Source: a virus (Duplodnaviria > Caudoviricetes). From it: a DNA stretch of 64,000 bases. A program made the position numbers and the translations under genes. The stretch lies in IMG/VR virus record IMGVR_UViG_3300020576_007701. One strand, given 5' to 3'. Under the pieces are notes generated by a model. It made no database searches. It was given only the letters and a program-made list of their open reading frames with translations, and was not told where the DNA came from. Below, one piece after another: positions 29,651-39,873 of the stretch (positions are counted from its first letter, which is position 1; each line of letters starts with the position of its first letter).

Positions 29651-30704
29651 AATTTAGTTTTTCAGTCACACCTTCATTATACTTAATTGTTAAAAGAGAA
29701 ATATTGTGCTCCTTGCAATATCTCTCTTTTATTTTGTCGTTAATTTTTCTATTTTTAAAACCTTCGATACCACCAAAATATTCTATAGGTTTATAATGTT
29801 GCATACCATTGTACTCAATGCATAAATTTTGTTTTGGAAGATAAAAATCGAAAGGTAAAGCTAATATATTTTTGCAATCCGCAAATTTATATTGAGAAAT
29901 ATATTCAATACCATTATTTTCAAGAAAGGTACGTATTTGAACTTCACCTGTTGATTCACCACAAGCTGGACATCCATTTCCATTTTTGTGATTATTAGGA
30001 GTTTGGCTAAATTCGCCATGATCTGGGCAAACAATAATTATTTTAGTATGCGCATTAATGTAATTCATTTTTGAATAATCATATTTTTTTCCATGAAACT
30101 CAGAAAAATATTTTAATATTTTTTCTTTTGTTAATTTTTCATTACCATAACACTTCTTGCAGCCTTGACCTTGTTTATGATTATTAAGTGTTTGTTGAAA
30201 CTCACCGTGTTCTTTGCAAATAATAGTAATTTTTTTATTTGTAATAACAGAATCCACTTTTGAATAATCATATTTATTGCTGTGTGTAATATTGCATTCG
30301 TTAATTACCTCCTGAAGTGTTAATTTTTTTCCTGCACATTTAGGACATCCACTTCCATTTTTATGCATACTAGGACTTTGTTCAAAAATACCATGTGTTT
30401 TACAAATTATTTTAATCTTCACATTATCACTGATATATTTTATATTTGAATAATCGTATTTTTTACCATGAACATCTACAAATTGTAATATTACTTTTTC
30501 TTTATCTAATTTATTGTAAATGCATTTAGGGCACCCATTTCCTCTTTTGTGATTACAAGGCAATTGTTCAAATTCGCCATGTTCTTTACATATAACTTTA
30601 ACTTTAGTTCTAGCATTTACATAGTTCACAAGATCATATGAATATTTTTCTCCATGAATTTTTTCAGCTGCTAAAATAAATTCATTATTTTTTTTGTTTT
30701 TCAT
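29643..30704 (-). mobile_element. Free-standing endonuclease gene: four Zn-ribbon (DUF723-like) repeats + PD-(D/E)XK/Vsr-like nuclease
   Basis: Four repeats of H..KYDYS....IICxxHGxF.Q....H..GxGCxxC; FDFYLP..CIEYNGMQHY. Likely start ATG 30704 after TATTTATA (30723-30730, minus). Confidence 0.8.
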
Positions 30705-30786
30705 AAAAAATTTTTTATATTTTATAAATAGTAGAAAAAATGTTATTATACGATAATTTTTTAAAAGGCTAATAAGCAACAAAAAA

Positions 30787-31026
30787 ATGTATACAGAAAT
30801 AATTCATATTGGCGAAGGTAAATTTAATGTTATGATGGAGGACGGATCTTCAAAAGAAGCTGGCCCAAATATTCGTGGAATGATCAGATATACTTATTTT
30901 GAAGATTATACCATACCACCTCTTGATTGGGCGGTAAAACGTGAAATATTTTTACAAGACTATCAAAAAAAAGTAATGCCAGAAATTTTGTCTGGTAAAA
31001 TTAAACCTGGAAAACACAATTTTTAA
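30787..31026 (+). CDS. Hypothetical protein
   Basis: 79-aa ORF in an operon. Confidence 0.55.
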   Translation: MYTEIIHIGEGKFNVMMEDGSSKEAGPNIRGMIRYTYFEDYTIPPLDWAVKREIFLQDYQKKVMPEILSGKIKPGKHNF

Positions 31027-31034
31027 ATAAAACA

Positions 31035-31793
31035 ATGGAAAAGTTAAAAACAATAGGAATTTCAATAGACGGAACAATACGTGATTTCGCAGATAAATTT
31101 GACAAACAGTATAGAAAAGTTTTTATTCATAACCCCAATATTGTGGCCATGAATGAAGATGTTACATACAAAGAACAAACGCTAGAAGAGGCGCAAATTG
31201 TAGAAGATACAATAAGAGAAAAAGAAAGAGAATTAATCACTCTTCCAATGGATTCATATGATTTATTAAATCACTATAAATTCTCATCTCAATCAATAAA
31301 AATGTCTAAAATTGAAGATAGAGAAGGTTTAAACATGGATCCAATTGAGTATAACCCAAAACAGAATCTGGAAAAATTTTTATATGAAGATTACCCTTTT
31401 CAAGTATTTGGCCAGGCTGAGGAATATAAAGGCGCTATGGATGCTGTAAACAAACTACAAAGCATAGGCCTTACTAAAGAAAAATTTGATGTTGTACTTC
31501 TTGGAACTCATAGATCTAAGGCTATAGCTGCTACATATTTCTTTTTAAGTACAATAAATTGCAGAATTAGAAAAATTGTTTTTGTGGGTTCTGAATCTGA
31601 AAAATGGAACCACTGTGATGTTTTAATAGATTCTTCACCGATAGCTATTCAAGCTAAGCCGAAAGAAAAAACTGTTATAAAAATAACACACTTGTATAAT
31701 CAGTGGGATGCCGCTGATTTTTCTTACCCCTCAATAAAAGAAGCTTGTAATGAAGCTATTTTTGATAGAATTTTTAATCAGATTGATAAATAA
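31035..31793 (+). CDS. HAD-superfamily 5'(3')-deoxyribonucleotidase-like protein, possibly degenerate
   Basis: IGISIDGTIRDF (motif I, first Asp is Ser), DVLIDSSP, YNQ. Confidence 0.55.
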   Translation: MEKLKTIGISIDGTIRDFADKFDKQYRKVFIHNPNIVAMNEDVTYKEQTLEEAQIVEDTIREKERELITLPMDSYDLLNHYKFSSQSIKMSKIEDREGLNMDPIEYNPKQNLEKFLYEDYPFQVFGQAEEYKGAMDAVNKLQSIGLTKEKFDVVLLGTHRSKAIAATYFFLSTINCRIRKIVFVGSESEKWNHCDVLIDSSPIAIQAKPKEKTVIKITHLYNQWDAADFSYPSIKEACNEAIFDRIFNQIDK

Positions 31794-31804
31794 ATCCATA
31801 ATTA

Positions 31805-31836
31805 TTTGGTTTTTAATGTCTAATGTTTTAGATTTT
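31805..31836 (+). promoter_or_regulatory. Bacteroidota-type promoter
   Basis: TTTG-N20-TAGATTTT upstream of ATG 31853. Confidence 0.45.
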
Positions 31837-31852
31837 ATAAAAACCAATAATT

Positions 31853-32989
31853 ATGAAAAAACAAAACAAAAAATCTAATTCTGTTAAGAAAGCTGCACCT
31901 AAAAAAGCAGCAAAGAAAGCAGCAAAGAAAGCAGTAAAGAAAGCAGCAAAGAAAGCAGCAAAGAAAGCAGTAAAGAAAGCAGCCCCTAAAAAAGCAGCCC
32001 CTAAAAAAGCAGCAAAGAAATCAGCGCCAAAGAAAGTTGTTAAACCAGCTGCTAAACCTACAGTAAAAGCTTCAAAAAAGAAAAAAGCGGCTCCTAAAAA
32101 AGTTGTAAAGAAAGCAGCCCCTAAAAAAGGCAAAGATAAAAAAACTAAAAACGTTGTTAAAAAAGTTGTAACAACTACAACTACAACAACAACAATCACC
32201 TCAGTAAACCCAACAGAAACTCATTATTTACTTATTCTTGATGAGAGTGGATCTATGGGCAATGTAAGAGAAAGCACATTTAACGGTTTAAATGAACAAA
32301 TTCAAACTATTAAAAACTTGTCTTCTCAATACCCAGATCAAAAATATTACATTAATATTGTAAAGTTTAGCGATAATGTAAGTCCGCTTATTGAAAACAT
32401 TGAAGCTTCTCAAGCAAAAGAGTTTAAAGTAAGCGATTATTCTCCAAATGGAATGACTGCCTTACATGATGCAATCGGAGTATCTGTAAACAACCTTAAT
32501 AGCAGAATTCAATCTAGAATTAATTCTGGTGAAGCATCAGCTTTTGTTGTTATTTTAACGGATGGAGATGAAAACGTATCAAGAGAGTATAACGCAGCAA
32601 AAATCAAAACATTAATTACCGACCTTGAAAAAGGTGGCATGTGGACATTTAGTTTTATAGGCGCTAATCAAGACTCTGTTTTAACAGCTAAAAATCTTGG
32701 AGTTAATGTATCTAACACAATTAATTATACTGCCTCTTCAGCTGGTACTTCTTTGTCTTTCGCTACATTGGGAGCTTCTTTAAATAAAAGAGCAGCTTAT
32801 ACAAGCGCTGGCCTTTATGCAGCCACCACAGATAATCTTATGTCTTCAGTAACAAATGGTCTTGCCAACATTGGTGAAGATGCAAGCTTGCTTGATCTTT
32901 CTGGTAATGTTACAAAAGAAGAATTAGACAAAGCAGCCGAGTCTTTAAAGTTAAAAAACTCAAATAATTCAAGTAGTTCTAACGCTTAA
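31853..32989 (+). CDS. Histone H1-like Lys/Ala/Pro-rich tail + poly-Thr linker + vWA domain
   Basis: About 100 aa of KKAA(P)K repeats, T8 run, then ILDESGSM, GMTALHDA, VILTDGDEN (MIDAS). Confidence 0.85.
   Translation: MKKQNKKSNSVKKAAPKKAAKKAAKKAVKKAAKKAAKKAVKKAAPKKAAPKKAAKKSAPKKVVKPAAKPTVKASKKKKAAPKKVVKKAAPKKGKDKKTKNVVKKVVTTTTTTTTITSVNPTETHYLLILDESGSMGNVRESTFNGLNEQIQTIKNLSSQYPDQKYYINIVKFSDNVSPLIENIEASQAKEFKVSDYSPNGMTALHDAIGVSVNNLNSRIQSRINSGEASAFVVILTDGDENVSREYNAAKIKTLITDLEKGGMWTFSFIGANQDSVLTAKNLGVNVSNTINYTASSAGTSLSFATLGASLNKRAAYTSAGLYAATTDNLMSSVTNGLANIGEDASLLDLSGNVTKEELDKAAESLKLKNSNNSSSSNA
31886..32130 (+). repeat. Coding tandem repeats (12-nt AAGAAAGCAG[CT]A and 15-nt AAAGCAGCCCCTAAA units)
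   Basis: Visible directly; encode KKAA/KKAV/KKAAP. Confidence 0.85.
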
Positions 32990-33006
32990 TTTTTTCCTTT
33001 AATTAT

Positions 33007-33044
33007 AAAAAAGTCAGAAGATAATATCTTCTGACTTTTTTTTT
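33007..33044 (+). terminator. Intrinsic terminator
   Basis: AAAAAAGTCAGAAGAT-aat-ATCTTCTGACTTTTTTTTT. Confidence 0.85.
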
Positions 33045-33109
33045 GAAAAAACTATTTACTTTACTTTCATAGGTATATATATTTATTCAAATTAAACATT
33101 TTAAAAAAC

Positions 33110-34330
33110 ATGGAAAAAGAAGCAATAGAAGCTACAGTCGCAGAAGCGCCATTAAGCCATAATCAGATTATAGAATCAACAATAAGCAAACTTGAAAGTA
33201 ATAACTTTCATGTTTATTATTATGCGCCAGCTATGAATACACCAAGTGGCGGTGTTGGGGTGCTACTTAAAAGTGCAAAATTACTTCATGATGCAGGTTT
33301 TAAGGCTAAGATAGTATACGAACCAACAATTGATGAAAAAGCTTCTTACGAAGAGTCTATGAAGCAAAAACAAGAAGTTCATGTTTACCATAAATTCAAC
33401 CCAACTTGGTTGGATTTTGATATGAGCGGAGTTGAATTCATTCCACTTGGAGATAAAGATATTTTTATCGTTGGAGAAAAAAATGAAAAAGGAGAATATA
33501 AAAAATTCACATGCCAACCATTAAATGTAAATCCAGAAGATTTTTTAATTATTCCAGAAGGATTTCCAAATGTAATGCAAAAAACAATGCAAGTTTCTTG
33601 TAAAAGAATTGTATTTGCTCAAAGTTGGTTTTATGTTTTGTTAGCTATGAGACCAGCTGAAAAATGGCAACATTTTGGAATGCAAGATGTAATTAGCGTT
33701 TCTGATGCAATTACTGAATATTTAAATTCTACAATGCCAGGTTTAAATATCAAAAATTTTAAACAAGGAATAAATAGAAATATTTTCAAAGTACCTTCAA
33801 AATTATCTTCTAAACTTCCTATCGTTGGTTTTACTGGAAGTAGAGGTTCTGAAAATAAAATGAAAACACACAGCATTATAAGAAATTTTTATGCATTCTA
33901 TCCTCATCTTAAATGGATTAGATTCATAGAGCTTGCTGGTATGGATAGAGAGCAGTTTGCAGAAAGATTAGCTTCTTGCGCATTTGTTCTTTGTACAGAT
34001 GATATTGCTGGTTTTGGTACGCTTCCTTTAGAGGCTATGGCGTGTGGAACTCATGTAGTAGGTTGGGCAGCATTCGGTGGAAAAGAGTACATAAATAATG
34101 AAAATGGTTTCTGGACCACAAATGGAGATATATTCCAAACTGCAGAAATACTAGGAGTAGCAATCGACAAATGGTTAGCTGGCGAACTTGATCAAGAAGA
34201 AGTGCAAGCTTCTTATGAAAAAACTTTAGCTCCATACACTGAAGAAAATGAAAAAAATGAATTTTTAGATATTATTAACCAATATAAAACAGAAAGAATC
34301 AATGAACTTGAAGGAATCAAAACAAAGTAA
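33110..34330 (+). CDS. Glycosyltransferase, GT4-like
   Basis: PSGGVG, IIPEGF, AGFGTLPLEAMACG. Confidence 0.8.
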   Translation: MEKEAIEATVAEAPLSHNQIIESTISKLESNNFHVYYYAPAMNTPSGGVGVLLKSAKLLHDAGFKAKIVYEPTIDEKASYEESMKQKQEVHVYHKFNPTWLDFDMSGVEFIPLGDKDIFIVGEKNEKGEYKKFTCQPLNVNPEDFLIIPEGFPNVMQKTMQVSCKRIVFAQSWFYVLLAMRPAEKWQHFGMQDVISVSDAITEYLNSTMPGLNIKNFKQGINRNIFKVPSKLSSKLPIVGFTGSRGSENKMKTHSIIRNFYAFYPHLKWIRFIELAGMDREQFAERLASCAFVLCTDDIAGFGTLPLEAMACGTHVVGWAAFGGKEYINNENGFWTTNGDIFQTAEILGVAIDKWLAGELDQEEVQASYEKTLAPYTEENEKNEFLDIINQYKTERINELEGIKTK

Positions 34331-35240
34331 TTGCTTATTAGCAATGTACGTATATGAAATGCCAACAGAACAGGCATTAGCAGAATGTCTATATAGCATT
34401 TGCGAACAAACCAAGCCAGTAGATTTAATTATATATACTTGTGGTTTGACAGATGAGCAAAATAATTTGTTAAAGAAATTAGCAGACGCTCCATTTTATA
34501 CTTTAACCAAAAGAAATGAAAAAGACGAATTGGTTCAAGAAAAAATAGAGGCAACTAAAAAGCTTAACTACAATATCGTTGGCTCGACAACAGATATGAA
34601 TTTTGCGCAAATATTTAATACCACTTTTAATATTGCAAAACAAAATGATTATGAAACAATTTCTTTTATTGAACCAGAAGATAGTTTTTCTTTAAGATGG
34701 TTTCATACAGCAAGTGTTTTTATCGAAGAAAATCCAGATCTGTCAATATTTTTACCATTGATAAAAAACTCAATTAATGGAACTTTTACTGGGTTGTTAA
34801 ATGAAGCTTGTTGGGCAGAAGGACAATCAGAAGAAGCTGGTAAAACAGACATTAATCTTTTGATGAAGTATAATTGTGTAAACCCGCTTGGAGCTGTTTA
34901 TAAAATTGAAGCAATTGCTGAATATTCAGAATTAGATGAGACTGGAAAGTATTTGCCGATGAAAGAAAGTTTAAAAATAAGTCACTATTATGAATTCTTT
35001 ATGAGAATGGTCTATAATGATTTAAAAGTTTTCACTGTACAAAGACTCGGTTATGAAATGAGAATTGTTAGAAAAGAAGTTTTTAAAGATTCTACATGTA
35101 AACTTCCACAAGATATAACTTCTTACCCAATTGAAAGAGGTGGAATTAGTCCAGAAGAAGGAAGATTTTATGTTGAATTAGCTAAAAAAGAATATTTTTT
35201 CGACAAAGATAGACACAAAACATTTTCACCAACCATTTAA
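34302..35240 (+). CDS. Glycosyltransferase-like protein (GT-A/GT2-like)
   Basis: SICEQT, FIEPED, LNEACWA, YEFFMR; coupled to the GT4 gene. Confidence 0.55.
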   Translation: MNLKESKQSNCLLAMYVYEMPTEQALAECLYSICEQTKPVDLIIYTCGLTDEQNNLLKKLADAPFYTLTKRNEKDELVQEKIEATKKLNYNIVGSTTDMNFAQIFNTTFNIAKQNDYETISFIEPEDSFSLRWFHTASVFIEENPDLSIFLPLIKNSINGTFTGLLNEACWAEGQSEEAGKTDINLLMKYNCVNPLGAVYKIEAIAEYSELDETGKYLPMKESLKISHYYEFFMRMVYNDLKVFTVQRLGYEMRIVRKEVFKDSTCKLPQDITSYPIERGGISPEEGRFYVELAKKEYFFDKDRHKTFSPTI

Positions 35241-35244
35241 AATT

Positions 35245-36231
35245 ATGAAAAAACCTTCAATTAAAAAAGAAACGAAGGCTAACAACATTAATTTAAAGAA
35301 AGAAAAAAATAAGAAAAATAAAGCTGATTTAGAAATTGTAGACAAAAATAAATTGGAAGAAGCCTCAAAAGAAAAAACCTTAGATGCTCCACAACCAGAA
35401 ATTGATGTCTTAATACAAGAACTAGAGAAAAAAAGAAAGGCTTATTGGACTGAAGATACTGAAGCTGCAGTTGTTGAATATTTAACTCATGACTTTCATT
35501 ATTACGACATTCAAATTGAAAAATATTTAGAAGATTGTAATAAAAATAAAAGTTCTATAAATGAAGAATATATAACAAAGCTTAGACAGGCCTCATTTGA
35601 AGCTTCTAGTCAAAGTGTTCTTAATGCAAAAGACAAAGTTTATAGGGATAGAATTCAAAAACCTCTTAATAAATTAGTTGAAAACATTATTTTTAACTTT
35701 AAATTGTTTAGGCCTGGCGTTGATATAAAAACTTTACACAACGATTGTTTGTCTTTTGTTTTTGGCAAGTTCGCTAATTTTAATCCAAATAAAAATACGA
35801 AATCTTTTTCCTATTTTGGAACCGTAGCTAAGCATTACCTACAGGGAGAGAAAAAAGATCTTGATAAGTCTTTACAGACAAATTTAGATTATGACAACCA
35901 CAGGGATGAGGCTGATAGTACTGAAACTTTTGAATTAGATCAAAAATCTGAACTAGAAACTTCTTATACTCTTTTTAATCATGTGATTAATTCTATAGAA
36001 CAAGAACTTGATAAAGGTAATCTTTCTGAAAACGATATGAAGGTTGGCGATGCTATAATAGAAATATTTAGAAAGCACGAAGTATTAGGGGCATATAATA
36101 AAAATCACATCTATCAACTAATAAAAGAAAGTACTGGATTGCAAACTAAAGATATAACTTATTCTTTAAGCAGGTTCAGAGTTTTTTATAGAATACTTAA
36201 ACAAGATTTTATAAAAAGAGATGATGACTAA
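35245..36231 (+). CDS. Phage sigma factor, T4 gp55-like (late transcription)
   Basis: Sigma region-2-like KLVENII...DCLSFVFGKFANFNPNKNTKSFSYFGTVAKHYL; sits just before the structural module. Confidence 0.6.
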   Translation: MKKPSIKKETKANNINLKKEKNKKNKADLEIVDKNKLEEASKEKTLDAPQPEIDVLIQELEKKRKAYWTEDTEAAVVEYLTHDFHYYDIQIEKYLEDCNKNKSSINEEYITKLRQASFEASSQSVLNAKDKVYRDRIQKPLNKLVENIIFNFKLFRPGVDIKTLHNDCLSFVFGKFANFNPNKNTKSFSYFGTVAKHYLQGEKKDLDKSLQTNLDYDNHRDEADSTETFELDQKSELETSYTLFNHVINSIEQELDKGNLSENDMKVGDAIIEIFRKHEVLGAYNKNHIYQLIKESTGLQTKDITYSLSRFRVFYRILKQDFIKRDDD

Positions 36232-36589
36232 AATTGAAAGAAAAGAAATTTTCTTAGAAATATTAGAAAATTGGTTTAATGATTTAACCCAAGAAATAAA
36301 CACAGAAAACTGCATAGGTTTTTATATGCATCTTACATTTAGTTTAAAATTTGAATCAAATATTTCTATCGACGACAAAAGCGATAGAAATTTTTTTTTA
36401 AAGTCTGCTCTGGATATTTTGCACAATTTTGACACGCTAATAGAAAGCAAAATAAAGCCAGTAGATCTCATTATAACCAAAAAAGCTCTTGAGGCTATAT
36501 GCGCCGAAAAGAATACTAGTTTTGATGAATTATTTTCTGAACTATCTGAAATATATAATGTTGCAAAGACAGAATTTCTTTGCAAATAA
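36221..36589 (+). CDS. Hypothetical protein
   Basis: 122-aa ORF overlapping the previous stop. Confidence 0.55.
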   Translation: MMTKIERKEIFLEILENWFNDLTQEINTENCIGFYMHLTFSLKFESNISIDDKSDRNFFLKSALDILHNFDTLIESKIKPVDLIITKKALEAICAEKNTSFDELFSELSEIYNVAKTEFLCK

Positions 36590-36625
36590 CTTTTTTTTAC
36601 TGATTATTTATAGTTAAAACACATT

Positions 36626-37009
36626 ATGAGTAAAGAATTAAAACTTGACGAAGAAAGCTATTTAATGCTTTTAAATAAAATTCTTAAAAACAAAGAAGAA
36701 GAGAGAGATATGGCCCTTGATAGATATAGAAAGGCCGACGAGAGCATGACAAACAATGAACACTTTATGTTACTTGGAAAAAATGCAGCTGCGTTTTTAA
36801 GACAGGCTTCAGATGCCACAAACGATATAATGTCTCTTTCAAAAGAAATAAAAAGTATATTATTTAAAGAAAACGACACCGCATCAAGTGGCGGCTCTAC
36901 ATCAGTGTCAAGCGACGAAGAAATGAGAGCAATTATTGATGCTGTTAAAAAACAAGAAAAAGAATTAGGAATAAGTCAACCAGACGCATCAGAAAACGAA
37001 GATAATTAA
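36626..37009 (+). CDS. Hypothetical protein (late)
   Basis: TATTTATA at 36605-36612. Confidence 0.65.
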   Translation: MSKELKLDEESYLMLLNKILKNKEEERDMALDRYRKADESMTNNEHFMLLGKNAAAFLRQASDATNDIMSLSKEIKSILFKENDTASSGGSTSVSSDEEMRAIIDAVKKQEKELGISQPDASENEDN

Positions 37010-38271
37010 TGGCACTAGATTTACCCATAAATGCACCCTTAACAGAAACTCAAGCTGAACTTACCGCAAAAATAGGTTCAATGAAAAGTTTGTTGTCTAT
37101 ACCAAGCATTAGAAAATCTAATATTCCAAAAGCTAATCAAATTTCAACATTTGATTATCTATTAAAGATATTGGACACAATGGGTTTAACTCCAGAAATA
37201 GTTTTTAACGCTTTTTTGACCAAAGTTTTTGATCAGACTGGGACTTTTCTTGAAGAAAAAGTTATTGATGCAATAGGTGATTCTATTGGTCAGAAAGGAA
37301 CTCAAATTTCTCCGTGGATAGATAATCCAAACGCTTCTGCAGCAACAAAAAAAGCATATAAACTAGCGAATAAGGAATATCTAAAAACAATAATACCAAA
37401 AAGTTTTTTACAGGTTTATAAACAAAAAATTGCCAAAGATCTTGTGGTTATGATTTTTGGACCAAAAAAAGTAAACAATTTAAGTTTAAACACTAATCAG
37501 ACGCAGGTAGATTTTTTTATAAGCAATGCTGTTTGTAGTGAGGGTTTATTTAGTCTTTCTAATCCGCCAGTAACAAGAAATCAAGATATAGAATATAACA
37601 GAATAAAACTTAGGACACAATTAGAAAAAGGAGAGGTGGTTTACGAAATATCTTGTCAAGATGTAAAAATAAAACTTCCAGAGGACCCAGGTTATTTATT
37701 TACTGGTGGAGGACAATATACACAACCAAGCTCTGTGCAGTCTCCAGCAAACTCTTTAATAAGATTAAATCAATTTGTTGGAAACCAAGTTCAAAATATC
37801 AACAATGAATCAAATGCAAATAAGGGTGGTAAAAGATTTGCTCAAATTTTAATAGAAAAACTTTTAAGTTTTATTTCCGTGTTAATACAACCTTATTTGC
37901 CAAGTGTTTTTACATTAATAAACAACAACCAAATAGATAGTCAAAAAATACCTATGAGCACTGTTATCTTTAGTAATTGTGATATCGCAAACGACACATC
38001 AAATGAGGAAAAAAAGGAATTTGCAAAAAGTTTGTTCAACGCATTACTAAAAGATCTTTTAAAAATGTTACTACTTCTTGCAATAAATAAATTTAGAAAA
38101 TTAGTAACAAATTATTTTGCGAGAACCGCTTTAGAAAAACAAAAAAGAAAATTGGAAAAAGCTAAGCTTAAATTTAAAGTATTTAGCAAATTAGCAGATG
38201 CTGCCGACAAGATAGAAAAGTACCAGGCGGCAATTTCTACATTAAATTCAGTATTAGGACAAATAGTTTAA
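37009..38271 (+). CDS. Hypothetical virion/baseplate-region protein
   Basis: 420 aa, translationally coupled in a late operon. Confidence 0.6.
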   Translation: MALDLPINAPLTETQAELTAKIGSMKSLLSIPSIRKSNIPKANQISTFDYLLKILDTMGLTPEIVFNAFLTKVFDQTGTFLEEKVIDAIGDSIGQKGTQISPWIDNPNASAATKKAYKLANKEYLKTIIPKSFLQVYKQKIAKDLVVMIFGPKKVNNLSLNTNQTQVDFFISNAVCSEGLFSLSNPPVTRNQDIEYNRIKLRTQLEKGEVVYEISCQDVKIKLPEDPGYLFTGGGQYTQPSSVQSPANSLIRLNQFVGNQVQNINNESNANKGGKRFAQILIEKLLSFISVLIQPYLPSVFTLINNNQIDSQKIPMSTVIFSNCDIANDTSNEEKKEFAKSLFNALLKDLLKMLLLLAINKFRKLVTNYFARTALEKQKRKLEKAKLKFKVFSKLADAADKIEKYQAAISTLNSVLGQIV

Positions 38272-38281
38272 AATAAAATAT

Positions 38282-38698
38282 ATGGCAGCAGTAAGCATAG
38301 ATCAAGATTTAAATATTTCTGAAGAAATTGCAACATTTCTTTTATTTTTATTAAATGAAAATAGAATTCAACTACCAAAATTATCAATAAAACAGATATT
38401 ATTGGCAAAAACAAGACCTGGTTTAAATGCGGAAATTTTAACCTCTTCTGTTGTTTCTAGATTTCCAGAAATAGGTATTCCAACAGGTCCTCTTATTGGA
38501 GGGGCTCCAAATGTAATGGAAAAATATACAAGTGTACTTCTTGATGAAATCGTAGATGCTATACAAGGAGATATGAGAATAGACGTTGTAACAGATCCAG
38601 GAGCAACTGTAATTGCTTCTGGTGGTAACGCTGGAGGTCCAGTTGTTGCAACAGGAGCGGTAACCGTACCACACACTGGAGTGGGAATAGCAAGATAA
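38282..38698 (+). CDS. Hypothetical baseplate-region protein
   Basis: 138 aa with GGNAGGPVV motif, upstream of the spike gene. Confidence 0.6.
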   Translation: MAAVSIDQDLNISEEIATFLLFLLNENRIQLPKLSIKQILLAKTRPGLNAEILTSSVVSRFPEIGIPTGPLIGGAPNVMEKYTSVLLDEIVDAIQGDMRIDVVTDPGATVIASGGNAGGPVVATGAVTVPHTGVGIAR

Positions 38699-38701
38699 AC
38701 T

Positions 38702-38917
38702 ATGACAAAACAAGAATTGTTATCAGAGGCTAGAAAGACAGCTAGCGCACATGAAGAAAAAAAAATTGTTATTAAAAAAATTTTAGACGATTTAGATAAA
38801 GAAGAAAATACAAGTCAAAAGCACATTAATGGAATTGCAGCCGTTAATGAATTATTAAAAGAAATGCGTGCTCTAGAAGAAGAACACGAAAAAATATTAT
38901 TAGAAATTAAGAAATAA
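38702..38917 (+). CDS. Small coiled-coil hypothetical protein
   Basis: 71 aa; stop overlaps the next start. Confidence 0.6.
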   Translation: MTKQELLSEARKTASAHEEKKIVIKKILDDLDKEENTSQKHINGIAAVNELLKEMRALEEEHEKILLEIKK

Positions 38918-39873
38918 TGCCAGGAGGAATAGACGATTTATCAAAAAGTTTACTTGAATCAAGTGGACAAGGTGTTTTTTCAGAAGGCAATCAAAGGTCT
39001 AGAAATATATACCCAGCTATTGTTGTTAACATAAGTGATCCACTAGAGCAAAACAGAATTATAGCAAGAATAGTTAATCTAGATAAAGATGGCAATATAC
39101 TTGGCGGAAGAGATAGAGATGTACCAGATAGTAAACTTCCAATGTGTATGCCATTTGGACCAGAACACATTCACGTTAGACCTCTTGTTGGAGAAATGGT
39201 AATGATTTTTTTAGAAAACCCATCAGATAATTCAGCGCCAAGATATTGGTCTGGACCCATAATAACTTCTAAATTAAAATTAAAAACACAAGAGTATAAA
39301 GAATCTGTAAAAATAATGGATTATACTGATTTTGCAGTAAACAAAAGCACGAAAAATAATCCAAAAACAGCTACTTTGTTTCCAGAACAAGCCGACGTGG
39401 CCATACAAGGAAGAGATGATGCAGATTTAATATTAAGACCAAAAGAGGCAACTTTAATAGCTGGAAAATTTAAACCAAATACAACAGATCAAAATACAGA
39501 AACGCCATCTTATGTAAAGTTAAAACAAATAAGTAATTCAAGTGGTTCTCTTAAAAATTTTTCACAAGCTACAATAGTTTCTACAAATGTAAATATATAT
39601 TCTCCGTTGGGTAAATTTCGTGGAAGCGATCTTAAACGATTTGAAACAAATCCAAACTTAAGTTCTTTTGGTGATTTAGCAGGAACTCTTCACCCAGTTG
39701 TTTTTGGAGATGAGTTATTAAAGTTACTAGAAGTGATGATAAGATTCTTAACCACTCATATCCATACGCCTCAAAGCCCTCCAAGCCCAATGCCAGATTT
39801 TACAACACTGCAAACTTATACAGTTTCAGGCAATCTTCAAAAATTAATTTCTAATCACATTAGAGTTAATTAA
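38917..39873 (+). CDS. Baseplate central spike/hub, gp5/VgrG OB-fold
   Basis: AIVVNISDPLEQNRIIARI..P..VGEMV.IF..RYW OB-fold; C-terminal THIH spike-tip motif. Confidence 0.75.
   Translation: MPGGIDDLSKSLLESSGQGVFSEGNQRSRNIYPAIVVNISDPLEQNRIIARIVNLDKDGNILGGRDRDVPDSKLPMCMPFGPEHIHVRPLVGEMVMIFLENPSDNSAPRYWSGPIITSKLKLKTQEYKESVKIMDYTDFAVNKSTKNNPKTATLFPEQADVAIQGRDDADLILRPKEATLIAGKFKPNTTDQNTETPSYVKLKQISNSSGSLKNFSQATIVSTNVNIYSPLGKFRGSDLKRFETNPNLSSFGDLAGTLHPVVFGDELLKLLEVMIRFLTTHIHTPQSPPSPMPDFTTLQTYTVSGNLQKLISNHIRVN

Noticed and set aside
29643-30782. Extended N-termini given by the track for 29643..30782, 4803..5642, 9272..9982, 24177..25409 and 3261..3527
   Set aside because: The extensions run through promoter motifs, intergenic sequence or upstream genes; downstream ATGs (30704, 5588, 9943, 24216, 3458) fit better.
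31886-32130. CRISPR array
   Set aside because: Repeats are contiguous, codon-phased and have no spacers; no CRISPR array, tRNA or rRNA was recognised anywhere in the window.
31828-32199. Hydrophobic Phe/Ala-repeat ORF on the minus strand
   Set aside because: Antisense shadow of the KKAA repeats
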